A stretch of 64,000 bases of DNA. It comes from an uncultured bacterium (lineage in GTDB: Bacteria > Auribacterota > Auribacteria > Auribacterales > Auribacteraceae). Position 1 is the stretch's first letter. Each line of letters opens with the position of its first letter. The stretch spans positions 1,524-65,523 of the forward strand of contig CAYVGJ010000019.1 of assembly GCA_964451165.1 (NCBI GenBank), in the 5' to 3' direction. Made by a program: the position numbers and the translations under genes. Below, piece after piece: positions 61,001 through 64,000 of the stretch. The notes beneath the pieces are model-generated. The model ran no database searches, was not told where the DNA came from, and saw nothing but the letters and a program-made list of their open reading frames with translations.

Positions 61001-64000
61001 GCGGCGTTTTATAGTTATGAATTCGATACTTTGGGAAATTTGGAGAGAAGTTTCGAGACAAACGCTAAGTTTCCTGATGCTGTTACTACCAGATTGTTTA
61101 ATGATTTCAGTAATTTGGTAACCTCAACTTCACCGCGAGGTGTGGTCAGCAGTTATTATTATAGCGGAAATATGTTGACCAGTGTTGCGGATAGTAAAAA
61201 TAATATAACTCAATTTTATACATCCGGATTGGAGAAAGGTCAGGTTTGCGCTCAATCAGATTCAAACGGACTTGTTTCCACTTTCAGTTATGATTTCGAT
61301 AACTCGGGAAATGTGCTTAAAAGTTATGAAACAGCTTCTGATTATTCATCAGCGTTTACTACAAGAAAATTTAATGTCGAGAAAGGGTTTGTGGAAACAT
61401 TAACTGATAAAAACGGAGCTGTATCTTCATTTTATTATACTTCTTCAGATGTGTTGGAAAAAATAGTTGCTGATAATGGTATTACGACAAATATGTATAC
61501 TGATGGCAATGCCAAGGGGCAGATTTTAAACAGATCGGATTCAACCGGTCTTTTATCTTCATTCACTTATAGTTTTGATAGTATCGGTGAAGTGAGCCGT
61601 AGCTATGAAACGGATGGCGTTTATAATCTCGCCATAACTGAAAGAGAATTCGACAGTGTATCGGGAAATATAAGAACTTCTACCGATAAGAACGGTGTTG
61701 TATCGACTTATTATTATGACAACGATACTTTAAAACTCAAGAGCGTCGCAGATTCGCAAAACAACATAACTAACTTTTACACTTCAGGTTCGCCAGAAGG
61801 ACAGGTTAACAGTAAATCCGATAAAGATGGATTGGTTGCTTCATATTCATATGATTTCGATTCGCAAAAAGGGAATTTGCTTGCCAGTTATGAGACGGAT
61901 GCACTTTTTGCTCAATCATTTACAACACGTAAATTTGATACTCTGACTGGTAATGTGAATACATCCACTGACAAAAATGGTGTGGTAAGCAGTTATCATT
62001 TTGAAGGAACAATTTTAGTTAGTGTATATGACGATAAAAATAATGTTACTGATTTTTATACTTCCGGTGATTATAAAGGACAGGTACAGAAAAGATCGAA
62101 TTCGACAGGTTTGCTCGCAACTTATACATACACCCTTGATTCGTTGGGCAACGTTGCTCAGAGTTTTGAAACGGATGCGCAATTCTCAGAGTTTATAACT
62201 ACCCGCGCGTTTGACGGAACAAACGGTAATTTGAAAACCAGTACCGATAAAAACGGTGTTGTAACAAGTTATAGTTATGAAGACAATTTACTCAAATCCA
62301 TTTATGATCAACAAGGAAACATTACCGAATTTTATACTTCAGGAACCCAAAAAGGACAGGTTTCGAGCCAGTCAGATAATACAGGATTGCTAAATACGTT
62401 TTCTTACGATATCGACAGCAAAGGCAATACTTTAAAGAGTTACGAGACAAATGGGAATTTTACATCCGCTGTAACTACAAGAACATATAATACTTCATCA
62501 GGAAACGTCTCCACCATGACGGATCCGAATGGAAAGGTTTCTTCGTTTGAATACGATAACGATGTACTTACAAGTATACATGATTCGCTGTCTAATATTA
62601 CGCAATTCTATACTTCAGGAACATTCAAAGGGCAGGTAGCCAAATTGTATGACATATCGGGGTTGAATTCAATATTCTCATACGAAATGGATTCCAAAGG
62701 AAATCTGATAGCAAGTTATGAAACGGATGCTTCACTTCCGCTTGCCGTTACCACACGAAGGTTTAATACAGTAAACGGCAATATAACAACCTCAACAGAT
62801 AAAAATGGGACTGTATCAAGTTATTATTACGATAATACGATTATAACGAGCATTAAAGACGACAAGAACAATATAACCGAATTTTATACTTCCGGCGCTG
62901 TAAAAGGCCAGATAGAAAATATGAGAGACAACGAAGGAGTTGTAGCGAGTTACACATATAATATGGATACATTGGGCAATGTGCTGGAAAGCTATGAAAC
63001 GAATGGAAAATTTACTTCCGCGATTACTACCCGCAAGTTTGATATTCAAAGCGGCAATCTTGCTACCCAGACAGATAAAAACGGTATTGTTAGCACATTT
63101 GTCTATGAAGGGCAGGTTTTGACGAGTATTTTCGATAATAAAGGAAATATGTCTCAATTCTACACGTCATCAAAGGAAAAAGGACAGTTGTCCAAACAAT
63201 ATAAAAATGGTGAGTTATTGTCTGTGTACTCCTATGATATCGATGATCTCGGTAATGTATTGAAAAGTTATGAGACCGACGGTAAAAATGCAAATGTAAT
63301 AACAACACGTTTATTTAATACGCAAACGGGCAATGTCGAGACAGTAACAGATAAAAACGGTAAGGTTTCTTCTTTCTATTATACTGATGATAAACTCGCC
63401 AGTATTCTCGACCAGAAAGGTAATCTATCTATATTCTATACCGATGGTGTTGCTGAAGGACAGCTTTTTAGAAGTTCCGACAATACCGGTCTTCTATCGG
63501 CTTTCTCATATGATTTTGATTCTCTCGGCAACATTACCCAGAGTTACGAAACGGATGGTCAATTGCCTGCCGCTATAACCACAAGAAAATTCAATGCGGC
63601 TACCGGCAATGTTATGACATCTACCGATAGGAATGGGAACATCAGCAGTTTCTTCTATAATGACAACGATACTTTAGTTAGCGTGGCGGATGAAAAGTTC
63701 CAGGCGACATATTTCTATACCAGCGGGATTTATGCGGGTCAAGTATTGGAGGTATACGACAACGATTCACTTCAGTCGAAATATACTTATGAAACTGACA
63801 GTTTAAGCAATATTCTTAGAAGTTTTGAAACAAACGGATCGTATCCACAGGTAATTTCAACGAGAAAATTCGATGTCGTTTCAGGAAATGTTGAGACTTT
63901 AACCGATAAAAACGGTAATGTCAGCAGTTTTTATTATGATGGTTCAACTATGGCAAGCATAAAAGATGATCAGGGAAATCTTACTGAATTCTATACTTCC
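55097..64000 (+). CDS. 5' part (at least 2968 codons, with no stop before the window end) of a giant YD/RHS-repeat surface protein. It has an N-terminal signal-anchor, two blocks of dockerin/TSP3-like Ca-binding repeats and a highly regular C-terminal tandem-repeat region.
   Basis: ATG at 55097 with AGGGAG 7 nt upstream. Hand translation is continuous: MNPSSNKFTPISMMEWYTSRKKRFLLKIVSLVVAESFLL... YD-type motifs are frequent (YEYDSFGNLIKS, YGYELDSLGNIVRS, YSYDFDTSGNLLHSYET). No forward ORFs are listed across these 8.9 kb, and only short antisense ORFs appear, which is consistent with one unterminated ORF. Confidence 0.8.
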   Translation, partial: MNPSSNKFTPISMMEWYTSRKKRFLLKIVSLVVAESFLLDRAMIAIAADNAANQQPYYQYEETAVPESPQSQQEQTEQPFQPQGSGVLPGIGWENPMFQSTDTQVDQDAQAIRNEILSNDNPPKPSTDINDYISVLNIPNLSTYVTQIVFSYTGVSDPQNDGLLTQTLMHFDSKPDDITNWTVDLNTPSPTYGEAGKAIKTDFVYDRNNEGALNYYSVDTNGNYLYDNDGELIKVSNSTQGKALVTGIRLWFENKTNKYAKFNYANGTRTQEIFNETVRSDGEIIRWDNTYNLMIYSKTAEGIETEYIYNRDPGTGRILSYDEICLGVTRHYEGGEDQNFDGVMGEDLNKNGILDTVLNEDLNGNGVLDRSINEDANGNGILDSGEDLNGNGVIDTDLDEDINNNNQLDLNVNEDYNGNGILDTEDTDGNGVLKPWSLKWIKEVSGANITMTYYDNGLITRKVMPNGTTWWYEYEYNNAGAIAATRLVQRTDSFETKNIGGLFYVVIGNDNIKIELISPTQVKINDTLLSIPADQTRAELNLVLSSNEVAKFKIDEYGQFILDLADGSPVVIANMKSDFFIDSYTDANGVARTEKWYKLMHEDLIVKKVNGVYNLHLNNSVIRLEILADGKLKVGNDVINLGGFLNLNGFGGITGGTNYGLSVTLDGGIKISLSQTGEIKVSMLNCEPITIGYTLVNQFPLEVHYYNNKILRQDDNGNLIQEIDYTGSSAVVTSYKYKRKIDGSIDQTIVDTNGVLKTYDRLGNLISVLGDGVLVEYRLDGLESRITYLDSGKTKEFTYEPDLGNTNKILTKREVEREPAYPGADIIRVYDYQKGLLTSITDRNGNIRLFEYYNDNYTEDLNGNGIIDAPYSEDLNGNGYLDVDFDEDLNHNGLLDTAINEDTNGNGILDQGEDLNGNGTLDLALNEDINGNGTLDHHVNEDVLQNGILDNNIVEDRDNDGTLNTGLISSTDRHVKDYKSYTISYYIEKRSNISGNQANDLVFNELMIKRTLISGQTKIDVSLTDDQLVSQGLLTSIDWNGTIRNFSYSTMNIDGTNRNISTETRPEYPNYKLIKAYNENYRAIYEKLGDRITTYEIIGNTTIERGRYESGGTIAGEITRVYDDASSLLSLTDRNGNVYKYTYEFDSLGNLFKSYETATSFDGNNMGILVRKFDVEKNIIGTTDKNAVVKNYEMVFDEKGFKRGYNETDSRYPSLKIVRQIDKEGRVTSEQTLGENNAVRKNLQFQYEIDPFGELRALIQKEIGQNYTLITTRRYDSRGDVTAIVDSNGMITHFSYVKDSKENIIGTSMSHPYKESDFFQGMPAYGFENESYGYITSRNNGVNLVHCIYNVDAAGQPGTILLREITYADLTPGRITGVVDYVNGEVWQYSYDTNDNLSQVEVKKLKSDKTGGDLLRTIYYDPDSGEIDHIVAGDEYVTDIIYSGGVIQSAQVRYQGASGEILRTLQFLDGKVYRVSVYDSGGNPARWLEYSYKKVNNIGVTDPAGSFTVLDKITEFSQDDYAEGHKTSYITQKDQIAAKVPFTVKAQYSEYYSYTNGTPEKLQSVRTFDIHNDLITLTEEDGTITSFDYVKDSVGNNIRSIETSSKYAGSVINREYNTNGQVVSLTNRSGFVYQYNNVLDNEGRLSSIEETMPLYPGAKTTRNFDDKGRVISVNQNGFVINYGYELDSLGNIVRSFETNGNFPGAIATRKYNVDKNYLESYTDQNGNVTKYSYNELNDLVKSVFYKSSDLVNPNRVNYYYTEGDAKGQTSRIEDEGGTVIRNFGYEYDSFGNLIKSIESDGPKDGYYPGYKVTRSFNTDLGNISSMTDQNGNITTFNYDTYNRLASTADNLGNVNNFYVDGVNIGQLLSSSDSGGLNSLYSYDFDTSGNLLHSYETEAGFASAVTTRMFDENGNIETVTSKSGKVTSFHYTPNSEIESSSDSSGNITYFYVEGVNARQVIKTVSNGEDAAFYSYEFDTLGNLERSFETNAKFPDAVTTRLFNDFSNLVTSTSPRGVVSSYYYSGNMLTSVADSKNNITQFYTSGLEKGQVCAQSDSNGLVSTFSYDFDNSGNVLKSYETASDYSSAFTTRKFNVEKGFVETLTDKNGAVSSFYYTSSDVLEKIVADNGITTNMYTDGNAKGQILNRSDSTGLLSSFTYSFDSIGEVSRSYETDGVYNLAITEREFDSVSGNIRTSTDKNGVVSTYYYDNDTLKLKSVADSQNNITNFYTSGSPEGQVNSKSDKDGLVASYSYDFDSQKGNLLASYETDALFAQSFTTRKFDTLTGNVNTSTDKNGVVSSYHFEGTILVSVYDDKNNVTDFYTSGDYKGQVQKRSNSTGLLATYTYTLDSLGNVAQSFETDAQFSEFITTRAFDGTNGNLKTSTDKNGVVTSYSYEDNLLKSIYDQQGNITEFYTSGTQKGQVSSQSDNTGLLNTFSYDIDSKGNTLKSYETNGNFTSAVTTRTYNTSSGNVSTMTDPNGKVSSFEYDNDVLTSIHDSLSNITQFYTSGTFKGQVAKLYDISGLNSIFSYEMDSKGNLIASYETDASLPLAVTTRRFNTVNGNITTSTDKNGTVSSYYYDNTIITSIKDDKNNITEFYTSGAVKGQIENMRDNEGVVASYTYNMDTLGNVLESYETNGKFTSAITTRKFDIQSGNLATQTDKNGIVSTFVYEGQVLTSIFDNKGNMSQFYTSSKEKGQLSKQYKNGELLSVYSYDIDDLGNVLKSYETDGKNANVITTRLFNTQTGNVETVTDKNGKVSSFYYTDDKLASILDQKGNLSIFYTDGVAEGQLFRSSDNTGLLSAFSYDFDSLGNITQSYETDGQLPAAITTRKFNAATGNVMTSTDRNGNISSFFYNDNDTLVSVADEKFQATYFYTSGIYAGQVLEVYDNDSLQSKYTYETDSLSNILRSFETNGSYPQVISTRKFDVVSGNVETLTDKNGNVSSFYYDGSTMASIKDDQGNLTEFYTS
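56102..56400 (+). repeat. Coding block of about 8 dockerin/TSP3-like Ca-binding repeats (consensus xNEDLNGNGILD) inside the giant gene.
   Basis: EDLNKNGILDTVLNEDLNGNGVLDRSINEDANGNGILDSGEDLNGNGVIDTDLDEDINNNNQLDLNVNEDYNGNGILDTEDTDGNGVL. Confidence 0.7.
57655..57960 (+). repeat. Second coding block of dockerin/TSP3-like Ca-binding repeats inside the giant gene.
   Basis: EDLNGNGIIDAPYSEDLNGNGYLDVDFDEDLNHNGLLDTAINEDTNGNGILDQGEDLNGNGTLDLALNEDINGNGTLDHHVNEDVLQNGILD. Confidence 0.7.
60375..64000 (+). repeat. In-frame coding tandem array. At least 13 diverged copies of a ~276-bp (92-aa) unit, continuing past the window end.
   Basis: The unit consensus is roughly ...NG.VSSYYYD...L.S..D..NNIT.FYTSG..KGQV...D..GL.S.YSYDFDS.GN.L.SYETD..F....TTRKF......N..T.TDK. 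Unit boundaries (the FYTSG motif) fall at about 60660, 60936, 61215, 61490, 61765, 62040, 62320, 62590, 62870, 63150, 63425, 63700 and 63970. Confidence 0.75.

Noticed and set aside
60375-64000. Regular ~276-bp direct repeats that could be mistaken for a CRISPR or satellite array.
   Set aside because: The repeats are in-frame and continuous with the giant ORF. They are diverged at the nucleotide level and have no short identical repeat-spacer alternation, so they are protein-coding tandem modules, not a CRISPR array.
1-64000. A search for tRNA/rRNA genes, IS elements, integrases and phage genes as signs of a mobile island around the split ebo-like and Bat region.
   Set aside because: No GC-rich tRNA-like segments (no GTTCGAAT-type T-loops), no transposase/integrase/recombinase-like ORFs and no flanking direct repeats were seen, so the sequence gives no evidence for a mobile element.

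Overview
The window is 64 kb of AT-rich (roughly 35% GC), densely coding bacterial DNA. Shine-Dalgarno-type ribosome binding sites and short gene overlaps are frequent. No rRNA, tRNA, CRISPR array, transposase or integrase was found. The gene content suggests an anaerobic, amino-acid-fermenting, probably uncultivated Gram-negative bacterium. It includes PEP-CTERM proteins, a DUF1573 protein, an indolepyruvate:ferredoxin oxidoreductase/phenylacetate-CoA ligase operon, and glutamate synthase. The contents, in order, are:
- a partial sodium:solute symporter;
- a 1.1-kaa secreted protein with TSP3-like Ca-binding repeats and a beta-helix, co-transcribed with a triple-DUF1573 protein;
- a tandem paralogous family of PEP-CTERM and PKD-domain proteins;
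- a long operon that starts with an alkaline-phosphatase-superfamily phosphodiesterase and an archaeal-type myo-inositol-1-phosphate synthase-like gene, continues through a permease fused to a catalytically dead ABC ATPase domain, and ends with a MoxR-DUF58-vWA-vWA (Bat-like) module;
- a six-gene operon encoding a secreted alpha/alpha-toroid (prenyltransferase/terpene-cyclase repeat) protein, a secreted hypothetical, two xylose-isomerase-like TIM-barrel proteins, a TatD hydrolase and a UbiA prenyltransferase. Together with the phosphodiesterase and the MIPS-like gene upstream, this matches the gene content of the 'ebo' prenylated-cyclitol clusters, but split in two and with MIPS in place of the DHQS/EEVS-like cyclase;
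- a Cache-type methyl-accepting chemotaxis protein and a bidirectional terminator;
- a minus-strand iorA-iorB-paaK-paaK-ACT-(outer-membrane barrel)-ACT operon;
- an Amidase_3 cell-wall amidase;
- a minus-strand operon of three secreted proteins (two of them paralogs flanking a possible chaperone-like two-domain protein) followed by a TPR / beta-barrel-like / Wza-SLBB polysaccharide-export fusion protein;
- a cytoplasmic GAF histidine kinase;
- gltBD;
- an 0.8-kb AT-rich intergenic region;
- the 5' end of a giant gene (more than 2968 codons, running out of the window) for a YD/RHS-repeat surface protein. It has two blocks of dockerin/TSP3-like Ca-binding repeats and a very regular ~276-bp coding tandem array.
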